A program made the position numbers and the translations under genes. The notes under the pieces are model-generated. The model was not told the origin of the DNA and did no database searches. It worked only from the letters and a program-made list of their open reading frames with translations. Of a stretch of DNA of 64,000 bases, positions 1 to 9,458 are shown piece by piece. Numbering within the stretch: position 1 is the first letter of the stretch; each line of letters starts with the position of its first letter. The DNA comes from Lachnospiraceae bacterium (GTDB taxonomy: Bacteria; Bacillota; Clostridia; Lachnospirales; Lachnospiraceae). The stretch lies in the NCBI GenBank assembly GCA_900766575.1, contig CAAFVW010000116.1, positions 4,438 to 68,437 of the forward strand. The letters are read 5' to 3'.

Positions 1-389
1 AACGTTAACAGCATCTCATTCTCCGCCGGGTATTCGATCTTCGCCGTCTTCAGGGCATTGTACTGGATATGACTGTATTCCCGGAATTCTTCCAGAATAC
101 TGTCCTTATAGATATCCATCAGCTTTTCCGGATTGTACTGGGAAGACAGTTCGAATTTTTCATATATCTTCACCGTCAGATTCGCATTGGGAAACAGTTG
201 CTTTTTGATTTCGTTCTCTGTGGTCCAGATGTCCGTTTTCTGGATCAGACGGATACTTTTCAGATACACCCGAAGAAAGTCTCTGCGTTTTGTCGCCGAG
301 ACTCTCTCTACCTCTGTCTGACCCATAAGGTCATGAATATCGGTATTTAACTGTAATGTCGGAAATACTTCAAAAAAAGGTTTACTCAT
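1..389 (-). CDS. polC: DNA polymerase III PolC-type, N-terminal part (runs off window)
   Basis: Manual translation MSKPFFEVFPTLQL...KKQLFP...YEKFELSSQYNPEKLM is open to base 1. It resembles the Lachnospiraceae PolC N-terminus and sits directly after ispG. Confidence 0.7.
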   Translation of the reverse strand, partial: MSKPFFEVFPTLQLNTDIHDLMGQTEVERVSATKRRDFLRVYLKSIRLIQKTDIWTTENEIKKQLFPNANLTVKIYEKFELSSQYNPEKLMDIYKDSILEEFREYSHIQYNALKTAKIEYPAENEMLLT

Positions 390-393
390 CTGT

Positions 394-1461
394 TCAACTC
401 CAATGATCCAATTCCTCTTTCAAGGCAGAAAGCAGCTGATCCTCCGGAAGCTTTTTCACGATTTCCCCGTGCTTGATCAGTAAGCCTTCTCCGATGCCGC
501 CTGCCACACCGAGATCCGCTTCCTTCGCTTCTCCCGGGCCGTTGACCACGCATCCCATAACGGCGACTTTGATATCCAGCGGATAATCCTCTACCAGCTT
601 CTCCACTTTGGTTGCCAGATCGATCAGATTGATCTGGGTTCTGCCGCAGGTAGGACAGGATACGACCTCAATGCCGCCCTTTCTCAGCCCCAGTGTCCGC
701 AGAATCAGCTTCGCAGACTTGATCTCTTCCACCGGATCTCCCGTAAGAGATACACGGATCGTATCGCCGATACCCTGGCTTAAAATCAGGGACAGTCCGA
801 TGGCGGATTTGATGTTGCCGCTGTTTACCGTACCGGACTCGGTGATTCCCACATGCAGAGGATACACGGTGCGGCCTGCCAACAGTTCATGCGCTTTCAC
901 ACACATCAGTACATCCGAAGATTTGATACTGATGACCAGATTGTCATACCCGAGATTTTCGATCATGTGTACCTTGTCCAGTGCGCTCTCCACGATTCCC
1001 TCCGCGGTCACACCACCGTATTTTTCCACCAGGGGCTTCTCAAGGGAGCCGCTGTTTACCCCTACTCGAATCGGAATATTCCGTTCCTTCGCCGCATCCA
1101 CTACAGCCTTCACCCGCTCCACGCTTCCGATATTGCCAGGGTTGATACGGATCTTATCTGCGCCGTTCTCTATGGCAGCCAGTGCCATGCGATAATCAAA
1201 ATGAATATCTGCCACCAGAGGAATATGGATCTGCTTCTTGATCTCACGGATCGCTGCTGCCGCTTCCAGGGTCGGCACCGTACAGCGGATAATCTCACAG
1301 CCTGCTTTCTCCAGGCGCAGAATCTGTTCCACCGTAGCCTTCACATCCTCCGTCTTCGTGTTGGTCATGGACTGGATGGCGATGGGGTTCCCTCCACCGA
1401 TTTTACGGTCTCCGATCTGTATTACTTTGGTATGCATTCTGTAAGTATCTTTATCGTTCAT
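394..1461 (-). CDS. ispG: (E)-4-hydroxy-3-methylbut-2-enyl-diphosphate synthase
   Basis: IQSMTNT, PLVADIHFDY, RINPGNIG, SCPTCGR and VMGCVVNGPGEA motifs. Confidence 0.97.
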   Translation of the reverse strand: MNDKDTYRMHTKVIQIGDRKIGGGNPIAIQSMTNTKTEDVKATVEQILRLEKAGCEIIRCTVPTLEAAAAIREIKKQIHIPLVADIHFDYRMALAAIENGADKIRINPGNIGSVERVKAVVDAAKERNIPIRVGVNSGSLEKPLVEKYGGVTAEGIVESALDKVHMIENLGYDNLVISIKSSDVLMCVKAHELLAGRTVYPLHVGITESGTVNSGNIKSAIGLSLILSQGIGDTIRVSLTGDPVEEIKSAKLILRTLGLRKGGIEVVSCPTCGRTQINLIDLATKVEKLVEDYPLDIKVAVMGCVVNGPGEAKEADLGVAGGIGEGLLIKHGEIVKKLPEDQLLSALKEELDHWS

Positions 1462-1528
1462 AGGGTTACCTGACCTTTCTCATCATCTCATATATAACTA
1501 TTACTATACCCCCTTTTTGAAAGCCTTG

Positions 1529-2665
1529 TCAATTCGCAGAAGTGCTGAAATATCCCGGACTGTTCTGTCTGGCATACCCCAGAAGTTCCAGTTCCATCAG
1601 ACCTCTGTTCAAAGCCGCAATATCCAGAAGTTCTCCCTTCTCCCAGAGTTCCCGCAGGATAGTCTCCGAGTTCTTGGGCACCGGCTCCAGAATCCCCCAG
1701 ATCTTGTCTAAGGAATCTTTCAGGCTTTTTTTCTCCGGCTTCCGATCCCGTCTGGTCTTTTCGCCGGATTTCGTCAGAGAAATCCCCTGTTTTTCTTCCC
1801 ATGCCCCCAGGAATTCCTCTGCGAAACTTTCCGGGGACAAAAATACACCGGCCCCCTGGGTCAACAGCCGGTTGCAGCCGTCGCTGAGTCTGTCCGTGAT
1901 CCGTCCCGGCACTACATAAACATCCTTTCCCTGCTCCAATGCCATGTCTACTGTAATCAATGTTCCGCTCTTCTGCCGGGCTTCGATGACGATCAGAGCA
2001 TCCGACAAACCACTGACGATACGGTTCCTCGGTGGAAAATACTGGGGCAGCGGATTTGTTCCCGGCATATAGGTGGAGAGCAGTCCACCCTTCTGCAACA
2101 GATTTTCATACAGTTTACGGTTCTGCACAGGATAACAGATGTCCACGCCACACCCCAATACCCCATAGGAAGTTCCACCAGCAGACAATGCCGCCTGCTG
2201 GCTGATACCGTCAATCCCTCTGGCCATGCCGCTGATCACCTGGATTCCCATTCTGCCCAGATACCGTCCCAGTTCCTCCGCCACATATCTCCCGTACTCC
2301 GAGCACTCTCTGGCACCGATGACCGCCACTGCCGGACGCGCCTCCTCCGGCAGCTTTCCCCGGTAAAAAATCCCATAAGGAGCATCCGGAATCTCTGCAA
2401 GTCTCTGTGGGAATCCGGGATCTTCCCACAAAAGAAAATGAATCTCTTTCTCTGTCATCTGTTCGTATTGCCGTTCCCACTCTCCGCTCTGCTTCTGTTG
2501 TTCCATGGCTGCCACCAGGGATTCACTGACACATTCCGCCCAGCCGTCTCTCCCCGCCTCATAGACTGCCTGCGGCGTCCCAAACCGCTCCAATAGCCGC
2601 CCGGCCCGCACGCCTCCAATCCCCGGGATACTACACAGGAAATACGCATATTTTCTCTCTGTCAT
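1529..2665 (-). CDS. dprA: DNA-processing protein DprA
   Basis: AVIGARECSEYG, ISGMARGIDG, FPPRNRIVSGLS and SGTLIT motifs; lies downstream of comM. Confidence 0.96.
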   Translation of the reverse strand: MTERKYAYFLCSIPGIGGVRAGRLLERFGTPQAVYEAGRDGWAECVSESLVAAMEQQKQSGEWERQYEQMTEKEIHFLLWEDPGFPQRLAEIPDAPYGIFYRGKLPEEARPAVAVIGARECSEYGRYVAEELGRYLGRMGIQVISGMARGIDGISQQAALSAGGTSYGVLGCGVDICYPVQNRKLYENLLQKGGLLSTYMPGTNPLPQYFPPRNRIVSGLSDALIVIEARQKSGTLITVDMALEQGKDVYVVPGRITDRLSDGCNRLLTQGAGVFLSPESFAEEFLGAWEEKQGISLTKSGEKTRRDRKPEKKSLKDSLDKIWGILEPVPKNSETILRELWEKGELLDIAALNRGLMELELLGYARQNSPGYFSTSAN

Positions 2666-2689
2666 GGAAATCCTCCTCCCACTCTCTTC

Positions 2690-3317
2690 TTATTTCCAAT
2701 AGATCTCCGAAGGCCGATAACATGCTGCCTCCAGCAGATGCTCCCCCGTGATCTGTTCCTGTTCCTCCAGGTCGGCTATGGTGCGGGCTGTTTTGAGAAT
2801 TCGATGGTATGCTCTGGCACTGAGCTGCAGCGTATGGTAAAGCTGTTCCATGATCTTCCTTTCTTCCTCCCCTAAAACACAATATTTTTCTATCTGTGCA
2901 GACGGGATATCCCCGTTAAACCGACAGTCTGTTCCTTCAAAGCGTTCTTCCTGTCGTTTTCTTGCGCTTAGGATCTGCCGTTTCATATCTTCACTGCACA
3001 TTTCCATCCCTGTATTCTGTATATGAAGAATATCCACCGGATGCAGTTCTACGCACAGGTCAATACGATCCAGAACAGGCCCCGATACCTTCCCCAGATA
3101 TTTTTCAATCTGTGGCTGTGTACAGCGGCATTTATTCCGATCCGGATAATACCCGCAAGGGCAGGGATTCAGCGCAGCTACCAGAATAAAGTCCGAAGGA
3201 TAAGTGACCATCCCGGCGCTCCGGGCAATCTGCACCCTGTGTTCCTCCATTGGCTGCCGCATACCGTCCAGTACCGCTTTCTGGAATTCCGGCAGTTCAT
3301 CCAGAAACAGCACACCC
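2690..3317 (-). pseudogene. comM: comM/YifB Mg-chelatase-like ATPase, 3' fragment (split by prophage)
   Basis: Begins at (G)VLFLDELPEF, continues with LRQP-like MRQPMEE, NPCPCG, SGPVLDRID and LSARAYHRILKTARTIADL. Confidence 0.95.
3312..3317. repeat. prophage att core ACACCC (left junction)
   Basis: Same 6-mer at 60393-60398; joining the two restores HRGVLFLDELPEF in frame. Confidence 0.85.
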
Positions 3318-3682
3318 GACAGACGAGCCGTTCAATAACAATTATCGAAACGCTTTCATCTGAAAAAGTCAGATACGACCATATTTCAAAAGCTATCCCC
3401 ACGGGGTACTATCTTCTACCCTGGGGACGGGGCAATTACCCCGTTTTACCCCATCACAAAGCAGAGGGGTAACATAGCCTTTTTTCAAACATAAACTGGG
3501 ATTATTTTGTGAATACAAAATCAGAAAAAGAATATGAGTTTCTTCTATATAAAAAAGAACTTATAAAATGGGTTGAGGGTTTGGTCATCAAATTGTAACC
3601 TTACCCTCATTTATTATACACCACCAAACACCTGTTTGGAATCTTTTTTATTTCTATTTCGTTGTATTTTTTGTGAACAGCC

Positions 3683-4378
3683 TTACTGCTCTGCTCGTTC
3701 CGGGGCGTAGACAGTGAAAAGGTCGATGTAGTCATCCTCCGAAGTCGGACCTTCCTCCATGTCATACCGCACATAGTAATCCCGAATCATGTAACCTCGG
3801 TAAGGGTCAGATAAGGTATAAAGCTCTCTGGTAGAGAAATCAACCAGGCAATATCCCGTGGTACCAAGTCTGCTGTCATCGCCGTTGTTCTTCTGATCTA
3901 CAAAGAACTCCACCACTTTGTCCAAGCAAGTCTGGCAAAGGGAATCCCTCAGCTTATCGAAGTTCACCTCATCTTTGGCTTTGTAGTAAATCTTCGCATC
4001 GCTGTAGCCACGATTCGGCATTCCAGCAATCATCACACTTCCGCAGCCCTCGCCATAAGAATTGACTCTCGTACTCGTGCCACTTTGACCGAACACTTCA
4101 TTCCCATCATCGTCAAAAGCTCTAACTTCGGTATCACTTATAGACAGGTCGTTCAGATGGATAATTCCTATCGAGTCCTTTTTGCCATAATACGGCATAA
4201 GACTGCCACCTCCGTTGCCGCAGATGGAACAGTCCTCTTGACCAATATTGGACTCTACAGATAATTCATATTCTGGTTTTTCTGGCTGGATTGCAGACTC
4301 CGCAGATGCACTGGATTGTCCGCAGCCACAAAGCAGACAGGTCATAAGCATTGTAAGGAAAAAGGGTTTCCGTTTCAT
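3683..4378 (-). CDS. Putative lipoprotein
   Basis: MKRK + hydrophobic stretch + LCGC lipobox; two CxxC motifs; GGAGG RBS before ATG 4378. Confidence 0.7.
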   Translation of the reverse strand: MKRKPFFLTMLMTCLLCGCGQSSASAESAIQPEKPEYELSVESNIGQEDCSICGNGGGSLMPYYGKKDSIGIIHLNDLSISDTEVRAFDDDGNEVFGQSGTSTRVNSYGEGCGSVMIAGMPNRGYSDAKIYYKAKDEVNFDKLRDSLCQTCLDKVVEFFVDQKNNGDDSRLGTTGYCLVDFSTRELYTLSDPYRGYMIRDYYVRYDMEEGPTSEDDYIDLFTVYAPERAEQ

Positions 4379-4423
4379 GGTATCCTCCAAAAGAAATAAG
4401 GACAGCCGCAACATCAGCCATCC

Positions 4424-4747
4424 TTACTTTCTTACGATTCCTTGCATATATGCTTCTACCAATGCCTTCTCCTGCTTGTTCATAGCATTCCAGGTAGTGA
4501 GAAGGCGTTTCTGCTCTTCTGTCAAATTTGGCAGTTCATCGTCCTCCGAGAAAAATTGAGCAAGAGTCATATCCAGCCCTTTGCAAATTTTCTCCAATGT
4601 CTGTATTGTTGGAACACTCTGCCTATTCAGCAGTGTGGAAATCGAAGATTGCGAGATGCCAGATTTCTGGGCAAGGCGATATCTGCTCATTTGCTTCTGT
4701 TCACACAACTGTTCTATTCTGTCAATGATATAGTTCTCAGCCGACAA
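4424..4747 (-). CDS. XRE-family HTH transcriptional regulator
   Basis: MSRYRLAQKSGISQSSISTLLNRQSVPTIQTLEKIC HTH. Confidence 0.88.
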   Translation of the reverse strand: MSAENYIIDRIEQLCEQKQMSRYRLAQKSGISQSSISTLLNRQSVPTIQTLEKICKGLDMTLAQFFSEDDELPNLTEEQKRLLTTWNAMNKQEKALVEAYMQGIVRK

Positions 4748-5037
4748 GTAATCTACACCTCACTTCCGAAGTCTTTACCCATATTGTACTTGGAAATGGG
4801 GTTTCTTATTAGATTACCACTGACGAACCATTTTACTTTGGAGTTGCGATATATGTAGGTAAAAAATAAGGTTGCGATTCCAGTATAGCATAATGCTATC
4901 GGCGCGAAAATACTTTCGCACAAAATACTTCGGTATTGCTATGCAAGTTGATACGCACTGCCGAATTAGATATAATTTTCTTTGGCTCTGCTATGCAGGG
5001 TACGGTACTGGTAACGACCCACCAGGATAGGAAGGGG

Positions 5038-6222
5038 GTGTTTCAACTGAAAGGGAAATTAGAGTTGTCTGCGAAATGGCAAGGGTCATCAAAAGCCGAA
5101 AAGCGAAAGGCTGCAAAGAACCGTATTAAAAACGCTTATGATAATGAAGCGGAGGTAGAGATCGTACCTGCCGTGTCCGAACTGGAGGCGGACAAACCAA
5201 AAATCATACGGGTTGCAGCCTACTGCCGAGTCAGCACTGATGAAGATGCCCAGGCTGGTAGTTATGAATTGCAAGTCCAATACTATACCGAACTCATCAC
5301 CAGAAACCCGGACTGGGAGTTAGTAAAAATATATGCCGATGAGGGTATCTCCGGCACAAATGTCACCAAACGAATGCAGTTCCAGGAAATGATACGAGAT
5401 TGCTACGATGGAAAAATTGATCTGATTATCACAAAGTCCATCAGCCGCTTTGCTCGTAACACCTTGGACTGCATTTCTTATGTCCGGCAATTACGAAGCC
5501 TTGAGCCTCCTGTGGCAGTGTTTTTTGAAAACGAAAATCTGAATACCACTGACCGAAGGAACGAGGCTTTCATCGCCATGCTCAGTAGCGTGGCACAGGG
5601 TGAGTCAGAGAATAAATCCGAAGCTATCAAATGGTCAATCAAGCGGCGGTTTCAAAAAGGACTGCCACTCTGCCCGACTTGGGCACTCCTCGGCTATACC
5701 ACAGACGATGATGGAAATATGACTGTTGTGGAAGACGAAGCCGCCGTGGTTCGCTTCATCTATGAGAACTATTTGGATGGGTGGAGCGTTAAAGAAATTG
5801 CTGATGAATTGACACGGCTCGAAATCCCCACTGTCAAAGGAATGGGGAAATGGAGCGCCGGAACGCTCTATAGTATGCTCCATAATGAACGCTACTGCGG
5901 CGATGTCGTTATGCAGAAAACCTACACACCAGACTGTCTATCCCACCGTTCCGTAAAGAATCGTGGTCAAGAACGCAAGTACATTATGCGTGACCACCAT
6001 CCGGCTATCATACCACGAGAGCAATGGGATGAGGTGCAGGAATGCTTAAAGACCCGGCGGAGAAGGCGCAAAAAGCAAATCCGCCAGGATACGTCCGTGA
6101 CTCTCCAGTTTATTAGACGCGGGCGAATGAAAGGATATCTTGTACTTGACCCGCACTGGTCAAAACGTGATGTACCAAAAATCCAAGAAAAACTACAAAA
6201 GAGAGGTAATGTAAAATGTTAG
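5038..6222 (+). CDS. Large serine recombinase (resolvase + recombinase domains, no evident Zn ribbon); start uncertain
   Basis: RVAAYCRVSTD, YADEGISGT, ITKSISRFARN, AQGESENKS and NERYCGD motifs. Confidence 0.9.
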   Translation: MFQLKGKLELSAKWQGSSKAEKRKAAKNRIKNAYDNEAEVEIVPAVSELEADKPKIIRVAAYCRVSTDEDAQAGSYELQVQYYTELITRNPDWELVKIYADEGISGTNVTKRMQFQEMIRDCYDGKIDLIITKSISRFARNTLDCISYVRQLRSLEPPVAVFFENENLNTTDRRNEAFIAMLSSVAQGESENKSEAIKWSIKRRFQKGLPLCPTWALLGYTTDDDGNMTVVEDEAAVVRFIYENYLDGWSVKEIADELTRLEIPTVKGMGKWSAGTLYSMLHNERYCGDVVMQKTYTPDCLSHRSVKNRGQERKYIMRDHHPAIIPREQWDEVQECLKTRRRRRKKQIRQDTSVTLQFIRRGRMKGYLVLDPHWSKRDVPKIQEKLQKRGNVKC

Positions 6223-6638
6223 AAAATTTCCAGGTAATCGAGATCAAAAAAACTGTAGCACAGAAAGAGGCTCCGCTGAATGTTATCGTGGAGCCGAAAC
6301 GCATCCGCTTTGTCAAAGCTGTCGTTGAGGTGCTGGGCTACCCGGCGTATGTCCGCTTCCTGTTCAACCCGGAAACCCGCCAGTTCGCCGTACAGGTCGG
6401 CAAAGGCAATGAGGGCAACACGGTCAAGTTCTCTAAGGCAAAGGAGGAACAGAAAACCGCTGTCCTCTTCCAGAACGAACCGATGATGGAAGTAATCCGT
6501 GGTACTATGAAGGAATGGGACCCGGAAACCAAGTACATTATGACTGGCGTTTACTCCAAGGAGGATAAGGCGGTCATTTTCGATCTGGCAAAGGGTATCC
6601 CTTATGCCCGGAGACACCTTAAGAAAAACATCGAATAA
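6216..6638 (+). CDS. Hypothetical protein translationally coupled to the recombinase
   Basis: 140-aa ORF overlapping the recombinase stop, GAGGT RBS. Confidence 0.75.
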   Translation: MLENFQVIEIKKTVAQKEAPLNVIVEPKRIRFVKAVVEVLGYPAYVRFLFNPETRQFAVQVGKGNEGNTVKFSKAKEEQKTAVLFQNEPMMEVIRGTMKEWDPETKYIMTGVYSKEDKAVIFDLAKGIPYARRHLKKNIE

Positions 6639-6649
6639 TAAGCACTAAA

Positions 6650-6692
6650 ATAGCAGCCCTCCCACAACGGTTTGGGGGCGGGCTGCTACCCT
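6650..6692. terminator. Bidirectional intrinsic terminator
   Basis: TAGCAGCCC...GGGCTGCTA hairpin between convergent genes. Confidence 0.7.
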
Positions 6693-8096
6693 TTATTCTG
6701 TCACTTCGACCGCAAGCTGTGTCCCATCAAGGAAATGGAACTCCAGCTCGCCACCATGCTGGACAATCACATAGTCCAGAACCTTGCCGACCAGCAAAAG
6801 GTCGATTTCTTTCAATGGTTTCATCTTGGTAAGCTCCAGCATCTGCTTTGCCCTAAAGCGTTCCAGAGCGTTGCCGTTTTCAGCCTGTGCTTTCCAAGTT
6901 TCTGTGAACTCTGCCCGGTTCTCCAGAATGCCATTCCACGCCATAACGAAAGCCCCATGCAAATCCGATTCTTTCAAGTTCTCGCTGTGGCAAGTGACCA
7001 CACCTTTTTCTCGATAGCGGTTGCCACACTGCCAGACCTTGTAGGTGTTGTTCAGGCGGTACCAGGTACGCCGCCAGAAAACCTTGCCGCACTCTCCGCA
7101 CAACACCCGGTTGGAAAAGGGCTGCTCATCTGTGTAACGTCCCATCGTCCTCAAGCTGTGAGCTGTCATATAATTCTGCCGCCGTTCCAGTTCAAGCTGA
7201 ACCGCATCCCAATACTCTGGGTCGATGATAGCTTCGTGGTCACCCTTGACATGGTACTTTTCCAGTTGACCTTCGTTCTTCACGGTCTTTTTCGTAAGGT
7301 AATCGGAAGTGAAAGTCTTCTGCAGAATGGCATCGCCCATATATTTCTCATTCCGCAAGATTCCAAAAATCGTGCTGGCCTGCCACTTTGCTTCGCCCAT
7401 GCACCCCGGAACTCCTTCATCACGAAGGCGGCGGCTGATAACATCAGGATTGATGCCGTTCATGAACTCCGTATAAATCCGGCGCACAATCGCCGCCTGT
7501 TCCTCGTTGATGACCAGATTGCCTTTCTCGTCCTTGTCGTAGCCCAGAAAACGGTTCGTGTTCAGATGCAGAACCCCCTGTTTGAAAAGGGACCGGATAC
7601 CCCACTGGCAGTTTTCCGAGATGGAACGGCTCTCGTCCTGTGCCAAGGAAGAAAGAATGGTGAAAAGCAGCTCACCAGAACTGTCCATCGTGTTGATGCC
7701 TTCCTTCTCAAATTGGATTCCGATGCCCAAGTCTTTTAGCTTTCTGGAGTAGTTCAGGCAGTCCTGCGTGTTACGGGCAAAACGGCTAATGGATTTTGTG
7801 ATAATCAAGTCGATTTTTCCGGCTTCGCAGTCTGCAATCATGCGGTTGAAATCATCTCTGCGTCTGGTGTTGGTGCCGGAGATGCCTTCATCAGCATAAA
7901 TGTCAGCCAGCTCATAGTTCGGATTCCGATTGATGTATTCGGTGTAGTAGGTCACCTGGTTTTCAAAGCTGTTGATCTGCTCTTCATGGTCGGTGGAAAC
8001 TCGGCAATAAGCCGCCACTCGGATTTTTCGATCTGTCACAGTAGCTCGATTGCTCATGCCACGCCGTGCAGGAATGTGTACGATTTCTCTTGCCAT
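6693..8096 (-). CDS. Large serine recombinase/integrase
   Basis: RVAAYCRVSTD, ITKSISRFARN, AQDESRSISEN and Zn-ribbon FSNRVLCGECG...WQC. Confidence 0.93.
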   Translation of the reverse strand: MAREIVHIPARRGMSNRATVTDRKIRVAAYCRVSTDHEEQINSFENQVTYYTEYINRNPNYELADIYADEGISGTNTRRRDDFNRMIADCEAGKIDLIITKSISRFARNTQDCLNYSRKLKDLGIGIQFEKEGINTMDSSGELLFTILSSLAQDESRSISENCQWGIRSLFKQGVLHLNTNRFLGYDKDEKGNLVINEEQAAIVRRIYTEFMNGINPDVISRRLRDEGVPGCMGEAKWQASTIFGILRNEKYMGDAILQKTFTSDYLTKKTVKNEGQLEKYHVKGDHEAIIDPEYWDAVQLELERRQNYMTAHSLRTMGRYTDEQPFSNRVLCGECGKVFWRRTWYRLNNTYKVWQCGNRYREKGVVTCHSENLKESDLHGAFVMAWNGILENRAEFTETWKAQAENGNALERFRAKQMLELTKMKPLKEIDLLLVGKVLDYVIVQHGGELEFHFLDGTQLAVEVTE

Positions 8097-8101
8097 ATAA
8101 A

Positions 8102-9319
8102 TCAGTCCTCTCTTTTGAATGCGTCATATTCATCTTTGGGGTAAGCGGTAAACCGCCGCATCCCATATTCATCTTCATATTGAACCGCTACAATCGGCTC
8201 TGTAATCTCACCCCAGCCGTTTGCCACTTCTGCGGGTAGCCAGATTCCCTTGCAGGCATCCTTGCCGACCTTGAGGTTTGTTTTGCAAGCCCAGTATTCG
8301 TTTTTGCCCTTGCCCCATTTATGAATCAACTTCTCACCGCAAATGGGGCAGTATATCAGATTGGAAAGTGGGTAGGTATTTTGGCTACTCCGTGGCTTGT
8401 CCGACTTTGGAGGGGCTGGCTTTTGCAGATGTTCGCTCCGTTTCCGCAAAATTTCCTGCACCTTGTCCCACTGTTTAGGCGGTACAATGGGTTGGTGGTT
8501 CTCTGCAATGTACCACTGGTCAACCTGTCCTTCATTCTTGCGTTGCTTGCGGCGGCTGTCCCTATAGGTCTTTTGCAAAATCAAATCACCCTTATAGGAA
8601 ACATTGTGGAGAACACGGAACACCGCCGTGTCATCCCAATCCCCACCAGCACACCCTGGAACACCATTTTTATTGAGGTATTGCTTAATCTTGCTGGGCC
8701 AGATGCCTTGCTCCGCCAAGTCGAACATCTGCCGCACAACTGCGGCTTTTTCCTCATCAACTACGATGTCACCCTGGGCATTGGCTTTGTATCCGAAGGT
8801 GCTTTCCAAACCGTGGGCAGGAATTCCACTTTCAAATTTTCGCTTATAGGTCATCTTCGCATTAGCGGATGCGCCTTCACTCTCTGCCTGGGCAAATGCT
8901 GCAAGGATGGTCAACATCAACTCACCTGCGCCGGACAGCGTGTTGATGTTCTGAAGTTCAAAAAAAATACCGACACCTATGCTTTTCAGTTCTCTGGTGA
9001 ACTTGAGCACGGTTTCGGTATTTCTTGCGAATCTGGATATGCTTTTTACTACGATTAAATCTATATTGCCAGCCCTGGCATCCTCTATCATCTTCTGAAA
9101 TCCGGGGCGGTTTTCCTTATAGCCAGAAATGCCCTGGTCAGAGTAGATGCCAACGAACTCCCATTCTGGATTGGCGGTAATAAAGCCTTTGAAATAGGTG
9201 GTCTGGTTTTCCAGGGAGTCTTCCTGTTGAAGACTTTCAGTGGATACTCGCACATAGGCGCAGACCTTTTTCTTCTGCTGGTGTACTGCCTTTGTGGGCT
9301 TGATTACCTTGATTCTCAT
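8102..9319 (-). CDS. Large serine recombinase/integrase
   Basis: KVCAYVRVSTE, VKSISRFARN, AQAESE and Zn-ribbon LSNLIYCPICG...YWAC. Confidence 0.93.
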   Translation of the reverse strand: MRIKVIKPTKAVHQQKKKVCAYVRVSTESLQQEDSLENQTTYFKGFITANPEWEFVGIYSDQGISGYKENRPGFQKMIEDARAGNIDLIVVKSISRFARNTETVLKFTRELKSIGVGIFFELQNINTLSGAGELMLTILAAFAQAESEGASANAKMTYKRKFESGIPAHGLESTFGYKANAQGDIVVDEEKAAVVRQMFDLAEQGIWPSKIKQYLNKNGVPGCAGGDWDDTAVFRVLHNVSYKGDLILQKTYRDSRRKQRKNEGQVDQWYIAENHQPIVPPKQWDKVQEILRKRSEHLQKPAPPKSDKPRSSQNTYPLSNLIYCPICGEKLIHKWGKGKNEYWACKTNLKVGKDACKGIWLPAEVANGWGEITEPIVAVQYEDEYGMRRFTAYPKDEYDAFKRED

Positions 9320-9342
9320 GCTCTGTTCCTCCTTCCTTTTGT

Positions 9343-9380
9343 GGTAGTCTATATATCACTCTACGCCGCCGATTAGTCAA
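9343..9380 (-). promoter_or_regulatory. 38-bp repeated promoter-like element, copy upstream of the recombinase pair
   Basis: TTGACT-N12-AGAG-N10-ACTACC on minus strand, same layout as four other copies. Confidence 0.65.
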
Positions 9381-9417
9381 TCAATAGCCGTGCTATTTTT
9401 CGGTGAATTTTTGTGTG

Positions 9418-9455
9418 TAAAAAAGAAAGCCCGGCAGCACATGCCACCGGGCAAA
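9418..9455 (-). terminator. Terminator after lysis genes
   Basis: GCCCGG...CCGGGC hairpin followed by a T-rich tract on minus strand. Confidence 0.7.
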
Positions 9456-9458
9456 ACC

